From IMG/VR virus record IMGVR_UViG_3300025889_017816, positions 55,475 through 119,474 of that record: a stretch of 64,000 nt of DNA; one strand, written 5' to 3'. The position numbers were made by a program, and so were the translations under genes. Within the stretch, counting starts at the first letter, position 1, and every line of letters begins with the position of its first letter. The DNA is from a virus. Below, one piece after another: positions 9,876 through 19,129 of this stretch. A model generated the notes under the pieces. It was given only the letters and a program-made list of their open reading frames with translations. It did no database searches and was not told the DNA's origin.

Positions 9876-11111
9876 TTATTTAATAGGCTCCGAGAAAGAT
9901 TCTTTTATACACTCTAAAATCATGTTGTGTGTATCAAATGTGAATTCATGTCTAATATTAGTAATTAAATATTTTCCTGTAAGATATGGATCAAAAACAT
10001 CATCCGAGGGAGTTTCTTCAGACAAATATATACTCTTCGGTATAGAAATACCTATCATTTGCCCCACTTCTATATCAGTTTTACCGAAAACTTCTATTGT
10101 TAATTTCAAATTACTATATTGATATAGAATATGGTTTCTTTGCATTACCCAATTATCATAGGAAAAATTTCTTTGATCGTTAAACAAATTATAATGATTT
10201 GTTCTAACGTGTAAATGACTTTCTGGATTTCTTAGCAAATTAGGTGATAACATTGAATATTCTTCAGAATGTTCATGAGCATTATAATATTCTACACCAT
10301 CAAATATAAATTCACGATATTCTTTTGTAGCAACATCATGTGTAACAAGTTTACTAGCAAGATAACCATAATCTTGCGCGTCCATAATATTCAAATAATC
10401 AACAGCGTTTATTTTTTTAATAAATTTATAACGTTGTTCCAAGGATAATTCTGCTGAGCGCGCCGTTTCAAAATACAAATAGGACTCATACAAATTATCC
10501 TTTCCTTCTCTTATCAAATCGTCTATGCTGTTAAGATAAAAGTTTTTATTTGTTTCATAAAACAAAACACCTGGTGTGCTTTGATAACTACGATTTGTAA
10601 CCCAATTAATACATTTCAAAGGACTCCAAAACGGAGACACAAAACTCAAACTAGTATTGTGATCTTCGTATATTATTAACTGTTTTTCAAGAGATATTTC
10701 ATTAAAAATATCCTTAACAATATCATCAGTCTTACCTGAAAATTTTTTAGATAAACGTATAGAATTATCTAAAAACCCTTCCTGTGACATAAAGTGTAGT
10801 ACATAGGCCTGTGTGGTTCTTGCAATAACTCTTTCATCTACACTAGTTATATGAAAGGTACCTTCTATGGTTTGTCTGAATCCAGGAGTTTTATATCTTA
10901 TTCTTAAAAGTTCTGTGCCTGTTATACCAAACTGAGTTATCATACTAGCACTATCACTAAAAACAGCATATCCTGTTATTACGTTACTGAAAAGATCTTC
11001 ATGTAATACTACATTAACGATGTGTGCTTTAACATCGTATTCAATTTCGTCTTTTAGTAAAGTTATTTCTTCAGGTATAACATTACCCGCATTAAAAATT
11101 TCATTTTCCAT
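9876..11111 (-). CDS. Baseplate hub/tail protein (gp27-like)
   Basis: HEDLFSNVITG, FVSPFWSPLKCINW, LFYET, GKYLITNIRHEF motifs; between gp53 and gp5. Confidence 0.7.
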   Translation of the reverse strand: MENEIFNAGNVIPEEITLLKDEIEYDVKAHIVNVVLHEDLFSNVITGYAVFSDSASMITQFGITGTELLRIRYKTPGFRQTIEGTFHITSVDERVIARTTQAYVLHFMSQEGFLDNSIRLSKKFSGKTDDIVKDIFNEISLEKQLIIYEDHNTSLSFVSPFWSPLKCINWVTNRSYQSTPGVLFYETNKNFYLNSIDDLIREGKDNLYESYLYFETARSAELSLEQRYKFIKKINAVDYLNIMDAQDYGYLASKLVTHDVATKEYREFIFDGVEYYNAHEHSEEYSMLSPNLLRNPESHLHVRTNHYNLFNDQRNFSYDNWVMQRNHILYQYSNLKLTIEVFGKTDIEVGQMIGISIPKSIYLSEETPSDDVFDPYLTGKYLITNIRHEFTFDTHNMILECIKESFSEPIK

Positions 11112-11800
11112 TATATAATTAATCTATTAAAGGTGGAGACGAAAAGACCTACTTGATTAGGTTGTAGGATTTTTATTGCGCGTTTATCATCATTTAATTT
11201 AATCTCATGTTCATAATTGGTAACACTAGTTGCTCCTAAATAATCACTATCCACAATATAACCATCCGAACTTACATAGTGATGTACAACTGCGCTAGGA
11301 TCAGTCACACTTGATATTGCAATCCCAGAAATATTCTTGGTTACATTTGTGAGTGTGTTTGAGTTGGTTAATATCGGTTTTTTAAATTGTGATCTTAAAT
11401 TCAATGTAGTGCCTGATATAGAACTAACAATAAAATGATAATTATTGTTACTTTTGATTTCATCATTTTTTGCAAACTGTGATCCATCTGTAACCGTCAT
11501 TGTGAAATCGTAGTTTAAATAAACTAAATCAACTACACTTTGGTTGGAAATTGGCCATTCATTCCTAGGATCTGTAATATCATTCACCATCAATATAACC
11601 CAATAATTTTCAGGTGTCCCATAAAATCTTTGACTAACAAGTTCAGGAGTCTCACCATCTTTAATTAGGTAATCATCCAAGTTCACAACACCATCCCTGA
11701 ATTTTTTAGAAATTGTGACTCTTCTTAAAAAATCTTTAATTATAATATTTTTTTTATTGTTAGTAGTTATTATACTAGGAAAATTCTTGAAGTATGACAT
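11111..11800 (-). CDS. gp53: Baseplate wedge subunit gp53
   Basis: MSYFKNFP...IKDGETPE.VS..FYG....YWVILMVN.I.DP...WP, VTNYEHE...ND.KRAIKIL. Confidence 0.9.
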   Translation of the reverse strand: MSYFKNFPSIITTNNKKNIIIKDFLRRVTISKKFRDGVVNLDDYLIKDGETPELVSQRFYGTPENYWVILMVNDITDPRNEWPISNQSVVDLVYLNYDFTMTVTDGSQFAKNDEIKSNNNYHFIVSSISGTTLNLRSQFKKPILTNSNTLTNVTKNISGIAISSVTDPSAVVHHYVSSDGYIVDSDYLGATSVTNYEHEIKLNDDKRAIKILQPNQVGLFVSTFNRLII

Positions 11801-12939
11801 TAATATCCTTCCTCAATTCTGTTTCTTGTTAGTAGTTCTATTTCAGTGAAACTTAAGGTCATATTAATTTCTGTTGGCATACCGTTTGTATCCTTAAAGG
11901 TCACAAAATCTTGACCTCCATATTTTACTTCCATATCAGTCAAGTAACAATTTCCTATTTGGAATAAATGTTTATTACGTTGATCCTTGTGCCAATATTC
12001 AATTTTAAATTCTCCCGGATATCCTAAAATAAAATTCTCTTGTTTCAGTGTGGGGTGCATATATAGTTTGAAGGTTTTTATGATATCCAAAACCTGAATC
12101 ATTTCATCGTAGTCCTTTGGTAAGAAAACATAACTAAAGTTAAATTTTCTGAATCCAACATTTTTGAATATTTGTGCTGTGAATGGGTTAGGGGCAATAC
12201 CCGCAGAAGATGAAACTAATCCAGTTATATTACCTATACCCTGAAATGCTCTTGGGTTTTGTCTTAAAATCAAATTACCCATTGCACCACCTGCCTGTTC
12301 TAATGCGGCCTTTGCGCCCTCTAGAGCTCCTGTTACACCTCCCCCATCCGCAGCGCCGCTTATAGCATCCAATGCTCCACTAAGTCCTCCCAATGGACCT
12401 ATATCGGATGTATCATAATCAGCTTTATAACTTGAACTGGGAACATCTTTAACATATAAAGCAATTGCTTTATTTAATACTACACGATCTTGATCACTAC
12501 CTACTGGAAGAATTTTCTTAGCAATTCCTAGACCAGCGCCGGCGCCGGCTAACGCTCCAGCCGTTCCAAAGCCTCGGGTGACTCTGCGGCCGGCCCCAAA
12601 AGTTCTCGCTAAACTTCTACCAACACCACCTAAGATTTGTGCACTACCAACTACAGCAAGTCCCCTAGCAAGATTTTCTAGGGCGTCCCCTTCTATTTTA
12701 TCCGGACGATTTGAGTTACTAATATCTGTAGTAATTTTTCTAGACGTTGGATTATTAACAACTTCAGCAGCACCAACATCCGAACGTCTAGAAGTTATAT
12801 AAAACATTACCCAATGCGGATATTCTTGGGTTTCACCATCCCCGACTTTTAATGGATATCTAGATACAGTGAACTCGTTTGTAGTATTATCAAGAGAAGC
12901 CTGATTTATTAGATTTTCTTGGCTAGTTGGATCCAGCAT
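11800..12939 (-). CDS. gp48: Baseplate tail-tube cap gp48
   Basis: NPFTAQIFKNVGFRKFNFSYVFLPK...I.TFK..MHP, CYLTDMEVKY, LSFTEIELLTR. Confidence 0.85.
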   Translation of the reverse strand: MLDPTSQENLINQASLDNTTNEFTVSRYPLKVGDGETQEYPHWVMFYITSRRSDVGAAEVVNNPTSRKITTDISNSNRPDKIEGDALENLARGLAVVGSAQILGGVGRSLARTFGAGRRVTRGFGTAGALAGAGAGLGIAKKILPVGSDQDRVVLNKAIALYVKDVPSSSYKADYDTSDIGPLGGLSGALDAISGAADGGGVTGALEGAKAALEQAGGAMGNLILRQNPRAFQGIGNITGLVSSSAGIAPNPFTAQIFKNVGFRKFNFSYVFLPKDYDEMIQVLDIIKTFKLYMHPTLKQENFILGYPGEFKIEYWHKDQRNKHLFQIGNCYLTDMEVKYGGQDFVTFKDTNGMPTEINMTLSFTEIELLTRNRIEEGY

Positions 12940-12982
12940 AAATACTCTCGCTATATTAAGGTAACCTATAGGATTATTTATA
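12937..12982. promoter_or_regulatory. Face-to-face late promoters for gp4 (+, CATAAATA 12937-12944) and gp48 (-, TATAAATA 12975-12982)
   Basis: Late-promoter octamers on both strands, each overlapping the start codon of the opposite gene. Confidence 0.65.
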
Positions 12983-13443
12983 TGACTTATGCAAAGGATA
13001 CTTACAAAGGATACTTTGTTCCATTAAATCCGCAAAAATATGTGGGTGACCCAGGTAATATTATATATCGTAGCAGTTATGAACTAAAATTCATGAAGTG
13101 GTGTGATAATAATAAATCTGTTATAAAATGGGCTAGTGAAGAATTGGCTGTCCCATATATTAGTCCTATAGATAGGAAATATCACAGATATTTCATAGAC
13201 TTCTTGATAGAAGTTCAGGACCGAGAAGGAAAAATTAAAAAATATATGGTAGAAGTAAAGCCTTACAAATATACTCAACCACCTGTCCCACAAGCAAGAA
13301 AAACAAAAAGATTTATCTCCGAAGTAAAACAATGGGGAGTTAATCAAGCCAAGTGGGAAGCAGCATCAACATATGCTTCTAAACAGGGATGGCAATTCAT
13401 TATCATCACCGAGAAAGAATTAGGATTAGGAAAAACACTATAA
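12982..13443 (+). CDS. gp4: Head completion nuclease gp4 (TnsA-like)
   Basis: YKGYFVP.NPQKYVGDP.NIIYRSSYELKFMKWCD...WASEE...HRYF.DF...VEVKP, NQAKWEAA; start moved to ATG 12982. Confidence 0.92.
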   Translation: MTYAKDTYKGYFVPLNPQKYVGDPGNIIYRSSYELKFMKWCDNNKSVIKWASEELAVPYISPIDRKYHRYFIDFLIEVQDREGKIKKYMVEVKPYKYTQPPVPQARKTKRFISEVKQWGVNQAKWEAASTYASKQGWQFIIITEKELGLGKTL

Positions 13444-13446
13444 ATA
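13439..13446 (+). promoter_or_regulatory. T4 late promoter TATAAATA
   Basis: Exact octamer overlapping the gp4 stop, upstream of gp2. Confidence 0.75.
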
Positions 13447-13523
13447 GTAGAGTATTTTATTAATCCCCGACATAGTGAATTTATCATCGTGTCAATATCT
13501 TGTCAAGTATCAATTGAACCAAA

Positions 13524-14096
13524 ATGCCATCAATCAAACCTTTAGATCAGCTCAGAAAGTTAGAAACACCTGATAAATCATTCAGGTGGTATTTGAACAC
13601 GATCAGAAAAGTTGGTTTAGCTAGTTATTCGGCTAATAGGGCAATGAAAACTGATATTGGCGAATTTACTGCGGATGTTGAAATAGGAAATATGTATCTG
13701 TTTTTATATGACCCTAAAAATAAAGAAACATTGCCATATTATGATGCTGCTCCTTTAGTTGTTGCATTCCGAACAACCCTAGATGGGTTCTATGGACTGA
13801 ACCTGCATTACTTACCACCAATGATGCGAATGAGATTGTTTGGTAATATGATAGATGCATCAGTTGATAAGCTAGATGAGGGTTCTAAAATTATGTTGAA
13901 ATGGAGTGTTTTGAAAAACATATCTAGATTTCCAGGAAGTAATGTGTGTGTTAAAAAATACTTGTACTCACAGGTATCTTCTAGATTATTAAAAATTAAT
14001 CCAAAAGACTGGAGAATAGCTTGTATGTTGCCTATACAAGTATTCGAAAAACGATCCGATAACTTTGTATATCAAGATTCTAGGAGTAAAATGTAA
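13524..14096 (+). CDS. gp2: DNA end protector protein gp2
   Basis: MYLFLYDPKNKETLPYYD..PLV, GLNLHYLPP..R, CVKKYL. Confidence 0.92.
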   Translation: MPSIKPLDQLRKLETPDKSFRWYLNTIRKVGLASYSANRAMKTDIGEFTADVEIGNMYLFLYDPKNKETLPYYDAAPLVVAFRTTLDGFYGLNLHYLPPMMRMRLFGNMIDASVDKLDEGSKIMLKWSVLKNISRFPGSNVCVKKYLYSQVSSRLLKINPKDWRIACMLPIQVFEKRSDNFVYQDSRSKM

Positions 14097-15028
14097 TGCA
14101 AGAGGTAATGTCAACCCAGGGCCTCACCGTCACGGTTCCACCTTCAATACCAACATTAGAAGAGTTTGTTTCTCTCCTCAAAACAAGAAATCTTCAAAGA
14201 CAAGAAAGATTTTTTGCTTCCTTTTCCTATTTTAGTGGAGAAGTCGATGACCTAACACTATTATGTTATAGTGCAAGTTTGCCTGGTAAAAATATCAATA
14301 ACCGCACCATAAGAATAAATGGTTTGGATGAAAGAAGAGCATCCACAGCAGATTATACAGGAAATTCTATTACATTATCTTTTTTAGTAGATCCACAGTT
14401 TTCTCCTAGAAATTATTTTGAAAAATGGATGAAAGCCTGTGTGGGTGAAGTAACAACTGGGAGAGAAGTTGGTTTTTATTCGGATTATGCAAAAGAAATA
14501 AAACTTTATGCTCTCATGCCAGCTGGTATACCTGGAGAAAAACTCCTTAATCTTAGCCCTACTATTGCTGATAGAGTAGATTTTGGTAACCAATTAACTT
14601 CAAATCAAGGATTAGGAGCAGCCATAAATAAATTGTTTGCCAAAGGATCACAAAAAGTTGATAGTGCTTTTGCAAGAGCAAAGGCAGGTACTATAGGGCG
14701 TTTAGATATTGCATCTAATCCAATATATGAAGCATTCCGTCAAATAGAAGACATAACATATACTATAGAATTAAAAGAATGTTGGCCAACAAGACTGAAT
14801 TCAATCAATATGAATTATGAAAATTCAGGAGTAACAAGAATGGATGTAGAATTTACATTTAAATATTGGGTTTCTAGTGTCGATGTTGCCCCTGAGGATT
14901 TAGCCGATAAAGCCAACAACAAGATGAATGAATTCTTAAACGGATTTAAGAAAAAAATACCGGGAGGTTCACTTGATACTTTTGGGGTGAATTTAAAAAA
15001 TAAAATTACTAATGTTTTTAATCGTTAA
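14096..15028 (+). CDS. Baseplate-tail tube initiator (gp54/gp19-like)
   Basis: LLCYSASLPG, RNYFEKWM, LKECWP, VEFTFKYW tail-tube-family motifs; synteny gp2-gp54-gp26. Confidence 0.72.
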   Translation: MQEVMSTQGLTVTVPPSIPTLEEFVSLLKTRNLQRQERFFASFSYFSGEVDDLTLLCYSASLPGKNINNRTIRINGLDERRASTADYTGNSITLSFLVDPQFSPRNYFEKWMKACVGEVTTGREVGFYSDYAKEIKLYALMPAGIPGEKLLNLSPTIADRVDFGNQLTSNQGLGAAINKLFAKGSQKVDSAFARAKAGTIGRLDIASNPIYEAFRQIEDITYTIELKECWPTRLNSINMNYENSGVTRMDVEFTFKYWVSSVDVAPEDLADKANNKMNEFLNGFKKKIPGGSLDTFGVNLKNKITNVFNR

Positions 15029-15044
15029 TAAAAAAGGAGGGTAA

Positions 15045-15749
15045 ATGATACCTTCAGTGACCGTGCCTACATATAAAATGATTTTGCCTGTAAGTAAAGA
15101 TGAATTTGAATTTAGACCATTTTTAGTTAAAGAAGAAAAAATTTTATTGATGGCGAAAGAAACAGAAAATGTAAAAGAAGCTTTTTTGGCACTAAACGAA
15201 GTAATTAATAAATGCACATTTGAAAAAATGAAATCATCTAATTATTCTGTTGCTGATACTGAATATGCTTTTTTACAAATAAGAGGAAAATCCATAGGAG
15301 AAACTTTGGATCTAAATTTAATTTGTCCTAATAAAGAATGTAAAAAAAGCACTATAACTACAGTTCATGTTGAGGATTTTGTTTTAGATCGTGAAATTGA
15401 TAACCAACATAATACTATAAGTGTAGGAGGTATTAAGGTTATTATGAAATATCCTGCTTTGGAACAAGTAGGAGAAATTATTGATAATTTCACAGAAGAC
15501 ACAGTTATTTCTATAATAGCAAAATCCATAGACAGTATGTACAATGATGAAGAAAAAATTGTTATTGATGAATCTAATATTGAGGATGTTATTGAATTTA
15601 TTAACAACCTAACAATACAAGATTTTTCAAAGTTCAAAGAATTTTTTAATAATGTTCCTAAGTTAAGAAAAAAAATTACTCTTGATTGTAACCACTGTGG
15701 AGAACAAAATAGTTTTGAAGTGGATGGGATAACATCTTTTTTCGTTTAA
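15045..15749 (+). CDS. gp26: Baseplate hub assembly protein gp26
   Basis: PTYKM.LP.S....FRPFLVKEEKILLMA, EYAFLQIRGKSIGE, C-terminal CxxC..GITSFF. Confidence 0.9.
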   Translation: MIPSVTVPTYKMILPVSKDEFEFRPFLVKEEKILLMAKETENVKEAFLALNEVINKCTFEKMKSSNYSVADTEYAFLQIRGKSIGETLDLNLICPNKECKKSTITTVHVEDFVLDREIDNQHNTISVGGIKVIMKYPALEQVGEIIDNFTEDTVISIIAKSIDSMYNDEEKIVIDESNIEDVIEFINNLTIQDFSKFKEFFNNVPKLRKKITLDCNHCGEQNSFEVDGITSFFV

Positions 15750-15928
15750 CTCTTTCTCATGATAGTTTGGAAAATTTTTACAAAACAAATTTTTTAATGA
15801 TGAAGGTTCATGGTTATTCTCTCACAGAATTAGAGAACATGATTCCATGGGAAAGAGAAGTCTTTATAGCTTTATTATTGGAATACATAGAAAAACAAAA
15901 TCAAAAAAACAAAAATGAGGATTTTTGA
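15743..15928 (+). CDS. gp51: gp51-like baseplate hub assembly catalyst, in the -1 frame relative to gp26 (not in ORF track)
   Basis: Hand translation RLTLSHDSLENFYKTNFLMMKVHGYSLTELENMIPWEREVFIALLLEYIEKQNQKNKNEDF*; YSLTELENMIPWERE is the gp51-family motif. Confidence 0.85.
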   Translation, partial: RLTLSHDSLENFYKTNFLMMKVHGYSLTELENMIPWEREVFIALLLEYIEKQNQKNKNEDF

Positions 15929-17100
15929 TGGACAGCGAACGCCTAGACATTGCTGAAGATATAGCCGAATCTATAGTAAGACTTGTTCTTGCGAGCGAAG
16001 ATAAAGAAGCATCTTATGATTTAAAAGAATCTTTAGATCAACTTCCGAAATCTGCTCCACGGTTAGAACAAACATCTAATGCCTTTGAAGAGGCCAAAGA
16101 AAAGGGACTTACTGATAAACAAATTTTAGCTGGTTTTGGTGGCAAGAAAGCCAAAGAAATGATGTTATCAGGAAATTCAGGGGGTTCTGAGGACAGTGAC
16201 ATTTCCGAAGCCTCAGGTGAAGGTGGAGATTCTCCTATGGAACTAATTGTAGAAGCTGTTACAGGTATCAATGAAAATACAGCAGCCATATTAGCAGGAT
16301 TAGAATCTGGTGATTTTGGTGGAGGTGAAGACGAAGGTCTTTTAGAAAACCTCAGTGACAAGTTTGGTGGAATGTTCGCTGGGTTAGGTCGCACCCTGAC
16401 TGGTGCAATCAGAAGTATAGGTAGTGGAATTGCTCGCCTGGGTGGTGGAGCGGTCAGTATGGCTGGCCGAGGAGTCAGTATGGCTGGCCGAGGAGCACTT
16501 TCTATGATGCCTTCAGGTATGGCTGCCACAATGGGAGCTTCCGTGGCCGGTTCGTCTGCTCTTGCTATCGGTGGTACGGTCTTAGGTGGTCTGGCTGCTG
16601 GAATGGCTATAGGTGACCAATTTAATACTTCTGTAGAAGAAGGCGGGTCGGGTAATCTTCGTGACTGGTGGAGGAATAGTAGATTATTGGGATTGAGAAA
16701 GCAATCAATTGCAGAAAGAGAAAGTGAAGAACAAATCAATGCTAGCGGCGATGCTGCAGCGCGTGCAAGAGGATACAGTAGTTTTGCAGAAATGCAGGCG
16801 GCGAATGATGCGAGACGAGCTGCCCAGAGTCAAAACCAAGAAATGTTAGGTGAAGTTATTAATACCCCACGGATTAATACATCTGAGTCTTTACGAGAAG
16901 AAACTGAATATATGGCTGAAGGGCACAGAATTGCTTCGACTGAGGAACTAGCAGCTGGTCTTGGTCTTAATTATGCTCCAAACAATACTACAAATATTGT
17001 AAATAATGCTGGATCATCTCAAACAGCAACCATACAAACAAGAGACACACACAACAGTTATAGAAGATATCAGGATAAAAGACAAAACAGAGTTTATTAA
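15928..17100 (+). CDS. Putative tape-measure/hub protein (gp29 position)
   Basis: Gly/Ala-rich, C-terminal APNNTTNIVNN segment, follows gp26/gp51 with TGATG overlap; 21-bp tandem duplication at 16453-16494. Confidence 0.5.
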   Translation: MDSERLDIAEDIAESIVRLVLASEDKEASYDLKESLDQLPKSAPRLEQTSNAFEEAKEKGLTDKQILAGFGGKKAKEMMLSGNSGGSEDSDISEASGEGGDSPMELIVEAVTGINENTAAILAGLESGDFGGGEDEGLLENLSDKFGGMFAGLGRTLTGAIRSIGSGIARLGGGAVSMAGRGVSMAGRGALSMMPSGMAATMGASVAGSSALAIGGTVLGGLAAGMAIGDQFNTSVEEGGSGNLRDWWRNSRLLGLRKQSIAERESEEQINASGDAAARARGYSSFAEMQAANDARRAAQSQNQEMLGEVINTPRINTSESLREETEYMAEGHRIASTEELAAGLGLNYAPNNTTNIVNNAGSSQTATIQTRDTHNSYRRYQDKRQNRVY

Positions 17101-17104
17101 ACTG

Positions 17105-17140
17105 AAAAAGAGGGGGGCTTAAAGGCCCCCCTCTTTTTTT
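17105..17140. terminator. Bidirectional rho-independent terminator
   Basis: AAAAAGAGGGGGGC-TTAAAG-GCCCCCCTCTTTTTTT between convergent genes. Confidence 0.93.
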
Positions 17141-18023
17141 AATCTTCAGCTAACTTAGCAAAATAGCTAAGAGTATCATCCTCGTCTTCATCCTCCATTG
17201 GAGAAGGAGCACTCCTAATAACAGGAGCTTCCTCTGAAATCTCAGAGATTTGATCTGCTGTCATAGCAGAGACAGGATTACCCTTTAAAACCATTTCGAG
17301 CTTTCTCTTAAGCTCATCATAACTCTTGAAATTCTTTTCGTCTAAGAATTCCTGTAAAGAGTGTTGCTGATTCCAAATAACTTCAATATCTGAATCGGAA
17401 TCTGCAATTGCAGAAGGCGAATCAAACTCGGACTTGTCGTAGTTGCGATAACCCTCAACATTACGAATCTTCAGCTTGAAGTCTGCACCAGCCCAGAAGT
17501 CAAAAGGATTAATAGGATCTTCATCCTCAAACTGTGGGTGCATTACGTCCTTGATCTTATCAAAGATTTTCTTACCAAACTTGTATAGGAAAACCTTCCC
17601 ATCATTCTCAGGATTAGCTGAATCCTTAACTACGAGAATGTTAGAGATATGACTTAGACGGCGCTTCTGCTTACGAGCAATTTCCTTATTGCTCTCAACA
17701 CCTGAATTCCAAAGCTCATTGTTAAGCTCAGAAACAGGATCGGGTTGATTAATAGTGGTCAAGCTGTTCTCAATATACCAGCGACCTGTGGGACCCTGAA
17801 ACCCATGATCCCAAACACGAACCCATGGAATCTCCTCACCCTTTGGCGGAGGAAGAAAGCGGATCACAGCATAGCCGTTGCCTGCCTTATCAACTGTAGG
17901 CTTCCAAAAGCGATCATCACCACGTGGCTTTGATGATGGATTAGAAATCTTCTCAACCTCTTTCATGAGGTTTTCGAAGTTGCCACGGCTACTGCGTAAA
18001 TCTGATAAACTTGAAAATGACAT
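17139..18023 (-). CDS. gp32: Single-stranded DNA-binding protein gp32
   Basis: DDRFWKPTVDKAGNGYAVIRFLP...WYIENSLTT...YFAKLAED; start ATG 18023 after AAGGAG. Confidence 0.96.
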   Translation of the reverse strand: MSFSSLSDLRSSRGNFENLMKEVEKISNPSSKPRGDDRFWKPTVDKAGNGYAVIRFLPPPKGEEIPWVRVWDHGFQGPTGRWYIENSLTTINQPDPVSELNNELWNSGVESNKEIARKQKRRLSHISNILVVKDSANPENDGKVFLYKFGKKIFDKIKDVMHPQFEDEDPINPFDFWAGADFKLKIRNVEGYRNYDKSEFDSPSAIADSDSDIEVIWNQQHSLQEFLDEKNFKSYDELKRKLEMVLKGNPVSAMTADQISEISEEAPVIRSAPSPMEDEDEDDTLSYFAKLAED

Positions 18024-18076
18024 TGTATTTCTCCTTGTATAGCGTTGTATGTTGTTGTATAGCATTTTTCATAATA

Positions 18077-18256
18077 TTATTCATCATCCTGGTCTGTGTA
18101 ATCCAAGTCTAATGAATCTTCATCAAAATCATCATATTCTTCATCAAGATAATCGTAGACTCTACCTTTGTGTTTTTTAAACAAATCCTTATTGTTTCTT
18201 TTACTTTGGTGTCTTCTTTCTTGATATTCTTCTTCTTCCCAATAATTGTTACTCAT
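18077..18256 (-). CDS. Small basic/acidic hypothetical protein, 59 aa (not in ORF track)
   Basis: MSNNYWEEEEYQERRHQSKRNNKDLFKKHKGRVYDYLDEEYDDFDEDSLDLDYTDQDDE*; fills the gp59-gp32 gap. Confidence 0.65.
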   Translation of the reverse strand: MSNNYWEEEEYQERRHQSKRNNKDLFKKHKGRVYDYLDEEYDDFDEDSLDLDYTDQDDE

Positions 18257-18839
18257 TATAAACCTTTTTTGTAATCATTTGGTATTTATCTTTCTCAACT
18301 GTTAAGAACGGTGAATATTTTTTGATTTTAATAGAAACTTCTGCCCATACTGGATCAAGAAATAATTTCTTGTCCAAGTATAATCTAAATTTATATAATT
18401 TATTTAGAATTACAAGAGTTTCTAAAGAAACAATTTTACCATAATATAGTTTTAAAATAGGTGGATGGGTGTTTTCAACTTCCCAAAGTTCTGATAAAAC
18501 AGGATAATGTTCCTGAATCCTCTGAAGTTCGGATTCATATGTGTATGCCATACTTTGTATTCTTTTTTGCCATTCCAAATATGTGTTCGCACCACCATCA
18601 TCAAATAAACCACCCCATGTATCACCTGTAATAAAATTTGCAACAAAATATTCCACAAATGCATCTTGTGAATTATACTTGGATTTTATTTTATTTAAAT
18701 AAATTCCAAACTCTTTTTTAACACCTTGTTTTGGTTTTTTAGGGATTCTTCCTTTTCTTATATCAAAATTATCTGAATCCTGTGTGAAATGTAATCTTAA
18801 AGCAGTATAAACCTGATATAAAGATTCTACATTGCTCAT
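18249..18839 (-). CDS. gp59: Helicase loader gp59
   Basis: YTALRLHFT, YFVANF, Y.EWQKRIQS..Y, HPPIL, SLETLVIL, KKYSPFL. Confidence 0.9.
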   Translation of the reverse strand: MSNVESLYQVYTALRLHFTQDSDNFDIRKGRIPKKPKQGVKKEFGIYLNKIKSKYNSQDAFVEYFVANFITGDTWGGLFDDGGANTYLEWQKRIQSMAYTYESELQRIQEHYPVLSELWEVENTHPPILKLYYGKIVSLETLVILNKLYKFRLYLDKKLFLDPVWAEVSIKIKKYSPFLTVEKDKYQMITKKVYNE

Positions 18840-19129
18840 GGCAACTTAGGTGTTTTGTTTTTCTTTAATAAGTTCATTTCTTCAGCTTCAGCTCTAATTT
18901 TTTCTTTCAGAGATGAAGTTATAAAACTAGAAACAGCTTGAGGTTCAATATCATTCTCCTCACAATATTCTAGTAACATTTCAAAATAGCCCAAACGCCT
19001 CAGAACAGCCTGTTCTTCAATATACATTGAAAAATCTATAGCATTATTAAATTCACCTTTGGTAATAATATATTCCAAAGTTACAATCTCAACTGGTTGA
19101 GGTTTTGGTAATTCAAATTCATCCATCAT
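18836..19129 (-). CDS. gp33: Late transcription coactivator gp33
   Basis: FS..IE, YCEENDIEP, SLKEKIRAEAEEMNLL; synteny gp33-gp59-gp32. Confidence 0.88.
   Translation of the reverse strand: MMDEFELPKPQPVEIVTLEYIITKGEFNNAIDFSMYIEEQAVLRRLGYFEMLLEYCEENDIEPQAVSSFITSSLKEKIRAEAEEMNLLKKNKTPKLP

Noticed and set aside
16038-16739. 233-aa antisense ORF
   Set aside because: Shadow of the Gly/Ala-rich gp29-like gene; no recognisable motif.
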